A DNA stretch of 64,000 bases from Lama glama (taxonomy: Eukaryota): contig CM052817.1 of NCBI GenBank assembly GCA_028534125.1, positions 86,368,001-86,432,000 on the forward strand, read 5' to 3'. Shown here one piece after another: positions 1-13,060 of this stretch. Below the pieces are notes generated by a model. It saw nothing but the letters and a program-made list of their open reading frames with translations, made no database searches and was not told the origin of the DNA. A program made the position numbers and the translations under genes. How positions within the stretch are numbered: the stretch's first letter is position 1; the number at the start of each line of letters is the position of its first letter.

Positions 1-1370
1 AGATTAATGTGACTTTTTGCTTCTGACAGTTTCTCTAAATACTTATTAGTCTGCGCAATACATACTTTATTTCACTGCATGTAAACCATTTGACTTTTAG
101 TTGACTCTGATTATAATTATTTATATTATAAATCAGATATTTGTGTTTATTTCAATCTAAAGCCATTGTAGAAACAAAGTCAGATTTAATTATTGCATTT
201 TTATTGATGTTATTTGTATTATAATAATTTACTTTTCTACATAGCAAAACTCCATGAAATTAACTTTTACTGAATATGTACAGCATCCTCTGAATCTGGA
301 CCACACCAAGAATGCATGAATAGAGAAAATTTTATTATTTCTCAGACCTCGTAATAACTTCACCATGTTTCAAATGCATGTATTAAATTCTACAGACACA
401 CATGGAAACAAACACACATACATACATATATGTTAAACATTTTCATTAAAAGTTGTAATAATAAATAATAACAATAAATAATACATAAAACATTTTCTTA
501 ATAGTAATAGGTAATTATTTCATGTTAGGGATAGTTATTACATTTAAAATAGTTATTAAATTCAAAACAAATGCTTTATATTTGAAAGCAGCCAGGATGA
601 CACCAATTATAACACAAGGACACTATAGGGATGGACAGCTGTTATACACTCCATGTACCAGGTGCAAAAACAATATACTTTTCTGGTTGTAATTAACAAC
701 TGCAGTAAATCCTCTTTTAATACACTGAAAGTTACACATAAAATATTTCCAACTCAATTTTATTTTTATTACCCTTTTTGTTCTGTTTGAATACCGTCTT
801 CCTGTTCTATTTGAACATTAATTTGTAGATAGAATGATTCTAAATTTTATGTTAAATCAAAACTTTTTTTTCCAAATATGAAATTAATTAAACCAGAAAA
901 ATTCAGTGGAAATATTATGTTACTTAGTGATCTAGAATGCCTAATTAACTAATGAATATTTTACAATACTACTCTTAAGGAAAACTTGTTTAAGGAAGAC
1001 AATTTTGTAGGCTGGTGAAATACTTGGCAAAATCCTAATTTCCATATTTATACTTATTGCAGACAAAATATAATATATTTTAATTTTAACAATAGTTCTA
1101 TAAAATAACATGCTATGCAAACTAAAAGATAATCATAAATATGCACAGTTAAGAACTGATTATTTTGCAGGTCCAATTAGTTCTAGTTGATTTGCCCATT
1201 CCTCCCAGTATACCCACATTTTTGAATCTAAGATCGTGCCTGAATGTAAATTTCTTATGAAAAATCTAAGAAATAGTATATAGATACAGATGATCATCAG
1301 TTATGTAACATATAGGTTTTCTAAGCATTAGAATATTTGAATCTTCATTCTCTTTGCCCAACCTAGAAAA

Positions 1371-1770
1371 GTTAGGTTAAGCTAGGCAATGCTGTGGTAG
1401 CAAATAAACCCCAGTATATGTGGGCTTTGTCACAATAAATGATACATTTCTCTCTCATGTTACAATCCAAGCATGTTAGGTGGACAGCCCTCCATTTGAT
1501 GATTCAGAGATTTAGGCTTCTTACACAGGCCTGCCCATCCACTAGGGCTCCATGGTTCTCCATTGGGAACACTGCGTTTAGCCAGAATAAAGCAAGAACA
1601 AGGATTTCACAAGAGATCTTAGACATCTAGTCTGAGACCATCACTTGTACCCAATATTCCTTTAGCCAGAACAGTCTGATGGCCTTATCTTTTAGTAAAG
1701 TTGGGAAATGTAGTATATCTCTGTGTCCATAAACAAAATAATTGGGTCTGGTGAGTTCATAACATTGTCT
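1371..1770 (-). mobile_element. Old MaLR LTR (MLT1J/K/L-like)
   Basis: 'ttaggttaagctaggcaatgctgtggtagcaaataaacccc' resembles the reverse complement of the MLT1 3' end; 'gccagaacagtc...gggaaatgtagt' lies near the other end. Boundaries approximate. Confidence 0.7.
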
Positions 1771-2269
1771 GAATTACACTGGAAAATTCACAAACAGACC
1801 TGCCTAACTAACTGTGCCAACTTGGTTGTTAAGTTATTTTATGGAGTGGTTATATTTTGATAGTGTGCTAAAATTGCAAATTCATCACCAGTCTCTACCA
1901 AGTCAACTTGAAATATCCCAGGTGTGCTGCTGTCTCTATGATATCAGCATTTGCCTCTAGTGGTGATAACTAACCTATCTTTATTCTGAGGCAAGTAATA
2001 ATCTGATCCTGCATCCAGATCTATAGCCAGCAGGACTATTATTCTTTTCTATATGAAAGGTAAATTTTCTAAAATGAACTTGTTGCCTGTCAACTCCCTT
2101 TAGAAAAAAATATTACCTGTGTATGCACATAAATATATGCATTATTAAACACCAATGATAAATATAATAGAAGTATGTTCATTACTTCCCATATGAGATT
2201 ATGAGCTCTTTAAATGTAAGAGTTAAACCTTAAAATCTTTATGTCACAGGACTGACAAGTCTTAAAGTC

Positions 2270-2835
2270 GTGTAATTTCCCCAGTGTGAAAAACAGCCAA
2301 CTTGTGTATAAAACCCTTAGTCCTTTAAATTGCACATATAGTTCAACATGATCTGTTGCTTGCCTACCTCTCCAGCATAATTCTGTGATATGTGTCTCCT
2401 TTCTCTAGCTATAATATCTTTCTTTTGAATTCATTAAATAGCCCTTCCCACTCAGAATCTTTAAGCATGCTGTTGTCTTTTCCTGGAACACTCTCTTGAC
2501 ACTCTCATAATCATAATTATATCATTGTTCAGATGTTTATTAATATTATGTAAACATAAATATATATCTAAAGACATACTGCTGAGACATCCTGCCACAT
2601 ATTCTTCCCATTTCTTTGACCACCTGACCTGCAGAGTCATGTAATTTTACAGCATCTTGTACATAATATTAATGACAATTAAATCCTGCAAGTACACATG
2701 TTTGCATGCTGTCATTCTCACACATAAAACTGTCAACACCCATATATATCTTCTTCACGCTATATCTTTAGTAAATAACTCTGCACATGGCATTGTATTA
2801 GGCCCTAAATAAACATTTCTAGAATCAATGAGTGG
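2270..2835 (+). mobile_element. LINE-2 3' fragment
   Basis: L2-like 'cttgcctacctctccagc' and 'tgctgttgtcttttcctggaacactct', with a degenerate L2 tail 'aataaacatttctagaatcaatgagtg'. Confidence 0.65.
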
Positions 2836-3074
2836 GAAATAGGCATCTTTTTTTTTCCCTTTACATAGCATCCAACTATACTAAAATAAGGAGGCTGGGT
2901 ACATAAGAAAGACACACTTGTGCAAATATAATTACAAGTCTTCTACACAGTTGACCCACAGTTTATTTTACAAACACATGGGCATATGCAGACAGATACA
3001 CACATACTCTCTCTCTCTCTCTTTCTCAATTTTTTCTCTCTGTTCTCTTCTTTAATAAAATTGAAAGGTTGCCT

Positions 3075-3590
3075 TGTTACGAAGTCCAGACTTGTTCTGC
3101 TGGCCACACAACAGGCGAGTGAATTGGGAGATGAGGTGCTGGGGCAAGGAATAGTGACTGTATTTGGAAAGCTGGCTGACTGAGAAGATGGCAGACTAAT
3201 GTCCTGGAGAACCATCTTCTTCCAAGTCAGAATTTAGCCTCCTTTTGTACTAAAAAAGGGAGGGAGTATGGTTGTTGCAAACTTCTTGGTGTTGGAATCC
3301 TTTGTTCTTGCAACTGTGCACGTAGGTCAGGACATGATGTTCCTCTAAACCTACAACAAGACAAATGTTATTTTCTATTCTGCAACTTTTTATCTTTCTA
3401 TGAATGGGAAAGCGTTATACCCTTAAAGGTCAGAGCCTTGAGAATGGGCTATCCTGTATTTTTCAGACTACAGGCAACATTCTTTTACAAATTTGCAGAA
3501 CCAGCAGGACTAAACACAGGAAACAGAGCACAGGGTTAGAACTAAAGGAACGGATCAAATATGGAGTCAGATTTGTTCTTTTCTGTCACA
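3075..3590 (-). mobile_element. ERV1-class solo LTR with 4-bp TSD GCCT
   Basis: TG...CA termini (tgttac...gtcaca). GCCT at 3071-3074 and 3591-3594. A 4-bp TSD is typical of class I ERVs. Confidence 0.85.
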
Positions 3591-3744
3591 GCCTTACCAA
3601 GAGAATACAGAAAGCTTCTTGATAATAATCTGACAAAGATAACTCAATGCTCCCTTCATCCTCCTACCTCATAAGCATATTTAAATAAAAAATAACACTT
3701 AATGAAATTGAACCAGTAAAGATAAAATCATGCATATGCCAGAT

Positions 3745-4259
3745 CACTGAATGTTACGTATCAAATATTTCCAACTCAGTTGTATGCTTATTTTTACAAA
3801 ATGCCAAGACCAATATTTCAAGTTAAAAAAGATACCTGGGTGTTGATTTTAAAATCATCTCCTGGATTCATATGGTTTTACCCAGGCATTCAAGGCCAGC
3901 TGTGGGTCAGAGAGCTTGCTATGTTTCTCATGGCTGGTTTTTCTCACTAATTTGGGAAATGGCTGCTCTAGACTATACAGGAAGCCAAGAGTGGGGAAAA
4001 TGAGGTTTTTTTCAAATGGTGCTACATCTTTGACCAGGCTAATTTAGGCTACTTCCCGTGGTAGTGTTGTGGTTCCAAGACAATGTGCTTGTCTTTTGCG
4101 ACCTACCACACCCCCTTGGCAAATGCAAGTCACAAGGCAAGCCAGATTCAAGGAGTATGAAATTAGACTTTTCTTCAGAGAGGAAGCTACATATTCACAT
4201 CGGGAGGGACATTGGCATGAAGTAACTAGTTGTGGGAAGTTTTGCAATTAATCTACCAC
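3745..4259 (-). mobile_element. Old MaLR LTR (MLT1H/I/J-like)
   Basis: 'gcaagtcacaaggcaagccagattcaagg...ttttgcaattaatctaccac' matches the reverse-complemented MLT1 5' portion. Left boundary uncertain. Confidence 0.65.
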
Positions 4260-4374
4260 CGTCTCTCTGTAACTGAATGGTCAGATAAAATTTGTTATAT
4301 CAAATAATCCTCCCACCCACTCACTACCGGAGGGAAAAAAATATTGCTTTTCTTTGAATCTCCCATGTGGCTAG

Positions 4375-4912
4375 TGTCAAAGAAGACACTTGTGCCTGAG
4401 TTAAATAGGCAAGGAAGATATTGAAGACAATTGCAATCCAACTCTAGTGAAACAAAAATCAAGAGGGTTTTACGTGCTGGGATATGCTAGTGGAAAAGTG
4501 CTGGAGGACATATTGTGAAGGTGGAGGTCGGTCAATGGGATGCGTCAAGCACTTTGAATTATTTCTGAGTTTGCAAATGCTTCTCTCTTTGTTAGGCCAT
4601 CTGTGTTGCTACTTGGCACCCAGGAAAGTTAAGCTTATACCTCTCACAGTGAATGGGATGTACGGGGCTCTATCTTTCTTGGTGGTTACCTTTCAAAGGG
4701 ATGGCTCACTGGTCCTTAAGAAAGACGTTTTTGGAACCTAAACCTGGCTAAAGGAGATTTATATACATTTGAAAGAGGAACAGAGGAATAATTGAAATGG
4801 CAGGTCATCTAATGCAAATGCTCTAAGAACAGGGAGGTCAGGGGCCTCAAGTCAGGAAAAAATTTTCTAAAGTTTAGTCGACTTGAGAAGAGTGTTAAGG
4901 CTATCTTGAGCA
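4375..4912 (-). mobile_element. ERV1 solo LTR (MER31/MER67-group-like)
   Basis: TG...CA termini; right end 'aaagtttagtcgacttgagaagagtgttaaggctatcttgagca'; near-TSD ctag (4371-4374) / ctaa (4913-4916). Confidence 0.7.
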
Positions 4913-5882
4913 CTAAATATGTTTCATTCATTCAATCAACTCAACTGCCTTCTCTAATATATTATGTTAAATTAATTCTACCACTTTAAAAGCAATTAAA
5001 TGATTTTCTTTCTATCCTCATTGATTATATGTATGATTACATATATTTACACATATAAATCCCTATTTTTCCAGATCTATTAACAATAGTTTCTAAATCT
5101 ATTTTATTGTTAGTGTTACACACATAAATATCATAGGTAGAGTAAAATTAATTTACATTTTTATAGTTAATTTATTTATACAAGTAACCTTTTGAATTGT
5201 TCACATTAGGAAAAAGAAAACTGTACTTTACTTAAATTGGACATTTTTATGTTGGACTAAATTAGCCAACATTTTTACTATCACATGCTATTTCTTATAA
5301 GTGGAGTAACATTTATCCTCATGAACAAACTTGTTGAAGAAATAAGATTTTGCCATTTAGACTTTGCTCATGAATAAAATGCCTTTAGGGGAAAACAGAA
5401 ATGACTTTTTTCTCCCCATTTTCTTACCAGAATAACAACTCAACTGACATAAGTGAAATTTTATAAAAAGAGACACATTTTGTTTGGAGACAAGTACGAA
5501 ATATTCCAACCTTAAAGGTGGACTTTTTAGAAAATGGTGAACTGAGAAAAACAACAGTGTTAATGGGAGAGCAGTTATAGGCTCACCTATGTTGTTAACA
5601 TAAATTGCATTGCCATAAAATTGTACCTTCCTTTTCTACACAGAATCAAGGGCATTTTATCATAACAAAAGTCTATTCTTTTCAAACTCAGCAGGAAATA
5701 GGCAGTAGTGGAATTCTTAATAGAATGCACAGTGATAAAGAATTCAGCTCAGCTATGTCTTATAAATGTACAAGTTAAAAGAAACTTTCTTATAAATGGA
5801 CTGACCTTCAAAATAGTAATATCTTACCTAAAACAAATACCTGCTGCTTAGGTACTTCGAGAATTTGAGATATATACATGTG

Positions 5883-5918
5883 CACACACATACACACACA
5901 AACACACACACACACACA
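5883..5918. repeat. (CA)n microsatellite, imperfect
   Basis: Direct reading. Confidence 0.9.
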
Positions 5919-6536
5919 GAGGTAAAAGATGTATTCATACAATTTGGTGAAGTACCATTTTTGAAATAAAATAGGTCTCCAACTTTAGAAAAATACATGA
6001 ACAAATAATTTTCATCTGTGTGTCATCAACTTCCAGGTCTTCAGAGTAATGGTGCTGTCCCTCCTCTTTATGACTCTGATAGTTGAACTTGCCACAGACA
6101 TCCATCTAGTTTCCTGAGCAGGCTCATCAGTAATCTGTGAACCAGACTTTACATCATATGGCAAGACACGATCAACATCAGTGAGGAAGTGAAATGCAGT
6201 CAATCCGTCAGCATTGATGTCATGTTAGCTGTGACCCAGCTCCACAAGGCTGATCATGTTCAGAAGATGGATGTACTAGGATTATATTAGCAGCTGCTGA
6301 AGGTAAGTTAGAACAACGTGAATGTGGGCAAAGTGTAGAGAAGTGAAAAAAAATTCATGGTTGGACCACAATACCATTTCAGACCATGAGATGTTATTGG
6401 TTACGTTATTGGTTAGTTACTTAAAATATTTTGTTATAAATACTCTTAGTCCCTCCTTTTTTACATCAGATTCATTGGTAATGCTGCTACAGAACCAAGA
6501 ATTTAAAAAAAAAAATTGCAGCTTGGAAAGCACACC

Positions 6537-6575
6537 TTTATTTTATTTTATTTTATTTTATTTTATTTTATTTTA
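6537..6575. repeat. (TTTTA)n microsatellite
   Basis: Direct reading. Confidence 0.9.
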
Positions 6576-6795
6576 TGGTTGTAATAACATTTATAATATA
6601 AAATCTGAGGCAATAGAAGAAAAATAGGACATTTTTCAGTTATCAGATGAAGCTCCAAGTACAATTTAACTTTTCTATAATTCAGGTGGTTCTCAATTCT
6701 CACATATTCTTATGTGTTTGCATTGGGAGAAAAAAAGATTTTAAACAACAATCAAAGGCAATCTCTTCTATAAATTAACCCTCGTAAAATAAAAC

Positions 6796-7619
6796 TTTTT
6801 TGTAATTGAAGTACAGTTGATTTACAATGTTGTGTTAGTTCTAGCCTACAGCAAAGTGATTCAGTGATACATATATATATATATGTGTATATATATACAT
6901 ATACATACACATACATACATAAATTCCTTTTCAGATTCCTTCCCATTATAGGTTATTACAGGATATCGAATATAGTTCTGTGTGCTATACAATAGGACCT
7001 TGTTGTTTATGTACTTTATATATAGTAGTATGTATCTATTAATTCCAAGTTCCTAACTTATCCCTCTCCACTTTTCCCTTTTGGTAACCATAAATTTGTT
7101 TTGTATGTCTGTGAGTCTTTTTCTGTTTCATAAATAAGTTCATTTGTATCATTTTTTTTAGATTACACATATAAGTGATACATAATATTTGTCTTACTCT
7201 GTCTGACCTAATTTTACTAGTAAGTTAATCTCTAGGTTCATCCATGTTGCTGCAAATAGAATTATTTCCTTCTTTTTTTGACTGAGTAATATTCCATTGT
7301 ATATAAATACCACATCTTCTTTATCCATTCATCTGTCAATGGCTATGTAGTTTGCTTCCATGTCTTAGCTATTGTAAATAGTGCTTATGAACATTGGGGT
7401 GCATGTGTCTTTTTAAATTAAAGCTCCCTCTAGATATATGCCCAGAAGTGGGACTGCTGGATCACATGGTAAGTCTATTTTTCATTTTTTAAGGAACTTC
7501 CATTCTGTTTTCCATAGTGGCTGCACCAATTTACATTCCTACCAACAGTGTAGGAGGGTTTCCTTTTCTCCACACCCTCTCTAGCATTTATATTTGCGGA
7601 CTTTTTGAATATGATCATT
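6796..7619 (-). mobile_element. 5'-truncated L1 (ORF2 C-terminus plus 3' UTR), artiodactyl/camelid type
   Basis: T-run, then reverse L1 3' UTR 'aattgaagtacagttgatttacaatgttgtgttag', then reverse ORF2 end 'gagtaatattccattgtatataaataccacatcttctttatccattcatc'. Confidence 0.92.
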
Positions 7620-7689
7620 AAACTGTTCATTCTGCTGTGAACTACAATACATGCTAATGAAATAATCTGAAATATCTTACGTTTTTATA

Positions 7690-9040
7690 AATTTTAATCA
7701 AATGAAATCAATGAGTTTGTATGCTTTTGTATATTGGTTTTTCTCTACTAAACAATATATTTGGGATTTATTCCTTTTCTTCTGTGTAATAGAAATTCAC
7801 TTATTTTTATTATCATGTAATGTTTTATTAAATAAATATAATTTATTTGTCTTCCAAGTTTTTTCTATTACAACTAAGGTGTAAATGAGTGTTCTTATAT
7901 ATGACTTTTTGTAAAAATATAATTGCATGGAAGAGAAGGGTAGTGTAAATAAAATAGAATTGCTGGGTCATCAGAAATTATCTTATTTAGTTTTAACAGA
8001 TCCTCCTAGTTTTTCTAAGTGGCTGTAATAGTTTACACACCCACAAGCAATGTATGAGAGTTCCAGTTGTTCCAGAATGTCACAAACACAGGTTGTGGAT
8101 ATTCTCATATTAGCCATTCAGTATGTAAGTAGTGCTTGTATTATTTTATATTGTTCTTGATGAAGAATAAGACACTAAACCTAATATCAGTTTGTGTTTT
8201 TATTGACTTTCTGAATATCGTTTGTGAAATTATCTTCAAAGCTTTTTTCCATTTTTAAAGTCATCTTTCTCTTACTAATTTGTATATTTTCTTATAGGTT
8301 TGTATACTTTGGATATGAGAACTTTGCAAGTTGTATTTATTGCAATTGATTACACTAGTCTCTGATTTTACACTAGTAATGGTGTTCTTACATGAACAGA
8401 ATATGTCATGCTAATTAACTTCATATTTATATCTATATTTTATTGATGAACTTTTCATATTTGGATTGGGTATTAATTTTTAGCATATAGTGTTTGATAG
8501 GGGTCATGGATAATTTTCTTCCATGTCAATATTCACTTGACATCACCATTTATTGAAAAATGATCTTGCCAAATGTAAACATTGCTAAATCAAGTGTATG
8601 TTTATGTGTAGAAGTAGTTTTAAACCATTTACTCCACCGTACAGCTCCTTTTATCTTTCTTTATGCCAGTATCACACTGTTCTAATTCCTATGTTTGTCC
8701 TAATAACTTTATAATTAATATTGATAAATGATCAAATTTGAGTAAATCCACTTATTCTGTTTTGTTTGTTTCCTTTCAAGACCGTCTTGTTGATTCTTAG
8801 CCATTTGTGTTACAGCAAATATTTTGAAACCAGATTTTCATTTCATATTCAAAATCCTGGGAAGGTTGCGTTTGGGAATGTTTTGAATTTACAGATCAAT
8901 TGATGGAGCACTCACATCACTACATCTCCTTATACACGACCTTAGTATAAACATATATACCTCAGTTTATTTACATCTCTTCAATTTATCTCAATATTTT
9001 TTTATAGTTGTACAGATCTTGCTCATATTTGGTTGGGTTT
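7690..9040 (-). mobile_element. Ancient L1M (L1ME-like) ORF2/3' fragments
   Basis: 'gaattgctgggtca', 'cccacaagcaatgtatgagagttccagttg', 'caccatttattgaaaa' and 'gaatttacagatcaatt' are reverse-strand old-L1 motifs. Confidence 0.75.
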
Positions 9041-9041
9041 T

Positions 9042-9375
9042 GTATCAATTAGCTCTGAAATGTAATATGTCATCCCCAAATTATCAGCACAAAACAATAT
9101 ATCATTTAAAAAAATTTTTTTTTAATTTTTAATTTCTTTTTTTGCGGGGGAGGTAATTAAGTTTATCTATTACTTCTGGTGGAGGTACTGGGGATTGAAC
9201 CCAGGACCTTCTGTATGCTAGACATGCACTCTACCTCTGAGCTATACCATCCCCAATATATCATTTTTTAGTTCACAGTTTTATGGGTTGGCAATTTGGT
9301 CAAGCTTCAGTGGAATGGTTCTACTAATGTGATTTTTGCTCAGCAGATTTTAGTTGAGTTCAATCATGGGTCTGT
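9042..9375 (-). mobile_element. MaLR MLT1 LTR fragment interrupted by a SINE
   Basis: 'tgtatcaattagct...ccccaaattatcagcacaaaacaa[SINE]...tcacagttttatgggttggcaatttgg'. Confidence 0.6.
9108..9254 (-). mobile_element. tRNA-derived SINE (camelid vic-1-like) with 12-bp TSD
   Basis: Minus strand reads GGGGATGGTATAGCTCAGAGGTAGAG...GGTTCAATCCCCAGTACCTCC (Pol III A and B boxes), then AATTACCTCCCCC and an A-rich tail. TSD aatatatcattt at 9096-9107 and 9255-9266. Confidence 0.92.
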
Positions 9376-11030
9376 ATTTTATTACTATTTTATGTTGTCT
9401 CTAATTTCACTGGATGAATGGTCAGTGATTCTTGTAACTTAAGTCCCACCTTCTAGGGGATATGGACCCTGTCCTGTGTGCTGATCTGTAACCTGCCAGT
9501 TTTCTGTGATGGGCATAGGAACAGTTTCTGTAAATCCCCCCCAGTGAATGATTCTCAAGCATGTATAATATTTAAACCACATGGCCATTTTCCATTGTTT
9601 TCACTATGATAGAATTCATATTTTATTTGTAGGATATCATGTCTTCGATATATTGTGAGGGGCCTGAATATATAAGCACTTTTTGTATGCCTTTCTGGAG
9701 ATTACTTTAGAGCTTAATTTATTTGTACTTTCTAATATTTGTCCATATTTGTTAGTAAAGTAATAATTTAAACATACAAGTAGTTCAAGGTGAGTCCTGT
9801 TTTTCCGTCTCCTGGTCCTGCCTCAGGATATGGAGGACTGCCACAATAAAATAATCATGAATGTCAGGAGGCTTTCTAGATGCTAACAATGGATGACACA
9901 GAAAGTCAGGGACAGTACTGGGATATTGTTCAGTCCAAAGAATTAAGGTGGGGTGAAGAAGGGAAAAAGGAAACCTGTTTCTTCAATATCCCTCCCTATA
10001 CACACACACACATTCTTCTGCAATTAAAGAGAACAATTTCATACACTAAGAGTGCAGTGTATTTTGATTAAAATTTCTCTGGTTGTTAAATATTTCAGAA
10101 TGAGCATTGTATTTAAATATTTCAGTAACATTACATTTTTCAATGAGATATTTTGTTATATTAATGACAAATTTAGGGACTTGGATTTTATACACTTTCA
10201 ATTAGCTAACAAAGGAAGCAGAAAACTAATATTCTTTGAACTTGGCACCATACCAGGTATTTTTTCATATCATTTTGCATTTGTGTGGACATTTGGAAAA
10301 ACATTGACATCAAGTTTCAAAATTATCTAAGGAATATATTGAGCTTTCAAATATAGCTTGGAAAAGTAATTAATATTTTTAAAAATTTGAGAGTAACACA
10401 AGGTGATAACTATTTCAAATTTGACAGTGTTTATTAAAATTATTATTAAAGAATTTGAAACCATGTAGCAGAGACCTCACATAATTTTACAGAAGGAAAT
10501 CTTCAACATATATGAGATATAGATGAGTCAGAGAACTCTAAATAAATTTAGCACATCCATGTAAGTTCATCTTTTTAATTGCATTGCAGTCCACATATAA
10601 AAAAAAAAAAAGCCCGAAACAAAGATATACAAATAAAGAAAAACAGAGTACATCAAAATATTTACCCAATACCGAATATTATAGGAAGAGATATTTAGCA
10701 CAGAATCTCATTTTTAATGATAGAATGTTTTAAATGAGCACTACTTATAATCATTTAAGAAGAGTAAATTTCTGTGTTGAATCCTATGATTTATTTTTGA
10801 CCTGCAGACTTTCCAGAAAAAATTAACTGCACTAAGTAGTTCGATGTAAATGTTAAAAAAAATAGAAACTCATAGAACAAAATGTCAAAATATTTTATAT
10901 AAATACCTGAAATTCTTAATAATAATAATAATTAAATCCATTCATGTATTTATTTTTGTTAAAATACTTTTTAAACCCCAGCTATTTCTCAGGTCTTCCT
11001 CTAGAAGCTAGGAATTCAAAGACAAAGGAA

Positions 11031-11515
11031 TGCGATGATAAGCTGTGTATCAGCTTCTGAAGATTTATTCACATCCTAATCCCTAGAATTTGTGAGAGCT
11101 ACTTCACATGGGAAAAAAGACTCTGCAGATGTCATTAAGCATCATAAGACAGGAAGATTATCTGGGATTATCTGGGTGGACCCTAAGGTAATTGTATGTG
11201 TCCTTGTAAAAGGAAGGCAGAGGGCGATTCATACACAGAGGATAAGGTGATATGAAGTAGAAGCAGACAGAGATTTGAAGATGCTGCCCTTGAAGATCAG
11301 AGTGATGCAGCTAAGGAGTGCCTGCAGCGAAAAGAAGCTGGGTGTCAGGACATAGAGAGTCTACTAGGGCCACCAGAGGAAGTGTGGACTAGTCGACACC
11401 TTGATTTCAGCCTAGTGATTTCAAACCTCTGGCCTCCACAACTGGGATACAGTAGATTTCTGTTGTTTTAGCCATCACATTGGTAGTAATCTGTTACAGC
11501 ATCCATAAACCAGCA
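11031..11515 (+). mobile_element. MaLR LTR (MLT1C/D-like)
   Basis: 'cacatcctaatccctagaatttgtga', 'ctctgcagatgtcattaag', 'gacaccttgatttcagcc', 'gatttctgttgttttagcca'. Confidence 0.85.
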
Positions 11516-11900
11516 AAATTGGACTGGTTTTCAAAGCTATCATAATGAAGTTAAGTATGGATTAATTGTGATTATTTTCTCAGACTGTGTTAATAGTGTC
11601 CTTTCTAGCTGATTTCCAAGAATTAGAGCCTTTTCATGATTTGTGCAAATTTATGCCAGATTATAACTAAAATATTTTTGAAGAGCAACCTATACAATGA
11701 ACATGGATGCAGTTCTGGTCATATGAGTCTGTGATTCTCCTAATATACATACATTAGGAAAAGGAAAGGTGATTTATTTTTTCTAGATCTCTGTTACTTG
11801 CTTTTCATATATTTATATCTACATAGAAAAAACAAATATAAAAATCTAAAATCAGAAAACTTAACCTGTAAGGCCACAGAAAGCATATCACTGTTGCTTC

Positions 11901-12313
11901 TTTTTTTTAACTGAAGCATAGATTACAATGTATCAATTTCTGGTGTACATCATAATGTTTCAGTCATACATATATATACATATATTCATTTTCATTTTAT
12001 TTTTCATTATAGGTTACTACAAAATATTGAATACGATTCCCTGTACTATACAAGAGAAACATTGTTCATCTATTATGTATATAGTAGTTAATATTCCTCA
12101 AGAAACTAAAAACAGACTTACCATATGATCTAGCAATCCCATTGCTGGGCATATCTGGAGGGAACTCTAGTTTGAAAAAATACATGCACCCCAATGTTCA
12201 TAGCAGTACTATATACAATAGCCAAGACACAGAAACAGGTTAAATGTCCATTGACAGATGACTGCATAAAAAAACTGTGGTGTATTTATACAATGGAATA
12301 CTACTCAGCCATT
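11901..12313 (-). mobile_element. L1 with 5' inversion: 3' UTR on minus (11901-~12094), ORF2 C-terminal segment on plus (~12095-12313)
   Basis: T-run and reverse 3' UTR, then an abrupt switch to plus-strand ORF2 encoding MFIAVLYTIAKTQKQVKCPLTDDCIKKLWCIYTMEYYSAI. Confidence 0.85.
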
Positions 12314-12801
12314 ACCTTTTTCAAACGAAGATGGAAACAAGTTTTTATAACTTTAAAGGCCATTCAATACATTAAAAAATACACTAATAGACATATCTTC
12401 TATAACTGTTTTCAAAATTCTCTTAGTTTATCAAAATTACTATATTACAAAATCATTGCAAAACAAAAGGGAATATATAGTACTTTCAAAATTTTTATTC
12501 ATGGTCATTTTTTAAAAATTAGATTTCATATATATTTATTATTTATCAGGAACATGCAAAGAGTGCTCTTGAAGATTTATTTTTTTAAAAAACAGAATAC
12601 TATTGAACTTTGAGAGGTAGGGTTCTAATATACAAATGCCATGTGAAATTGTTTACGAAGAAGGTTACATTTTGGTATCGACTAGGTTAATTGGACCTTC
12701 TCAGTTAATATTAATGAGCTAAATTTAATTATCCCACTGATACTAATAGAGCAGTTCTGATGTTCAGATATAATGGAAAGCATCAGATAAAACTTTAGGG
12801 C

Positions 12802-13060
12802 CATCAATCAGGGCCCTAGGGGGAAAAAATAACATTAACACTGGGCAATTAAAGGAAAAGATTTAATTGAGAAACTATTTAAAGTGGTTGAAAAGGATTT
12901 TAAGGAAACTAACAAGGTATAATGGTTCAGGAGGTATGAGGAAGAGGTGAGGAGGAGCCCCAGGAGCTGCATTACCCAGGCAGCATCAGTGACCAGAAGT
13001 GAGGTCAGACATGAATGAGATGTTGTATGCTTCACCAGTGAGCGCTTAGCTGCAGCACAG
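12802..13060 (-). mobile_element. ERVL LTR fragment (LTR33-like)
   Basis: 'catcaatcagggccctagg...actgggcaatt...tttaattgagaaactattta...aaggaaactaacaagg' resembles the reverse of the LTR33 3' end. Confidence 0.55.

Noticed and set aside
1951..1966. CTCF-like 'ttgcctctagtggtga'
   Set aside because: One base short of the CCACYAGRKGGC core spacing.
9175..9254. tRNA gene
   Set aside because: It is the head of a SINE with a tail and TSD, not a tRNA locus.
12314..12620. Possible transduced or retrocopied 3' UTR next to the inverted L1
   Set aside because: Not recognisable as any mRNA, and has no clear tail or TSD.
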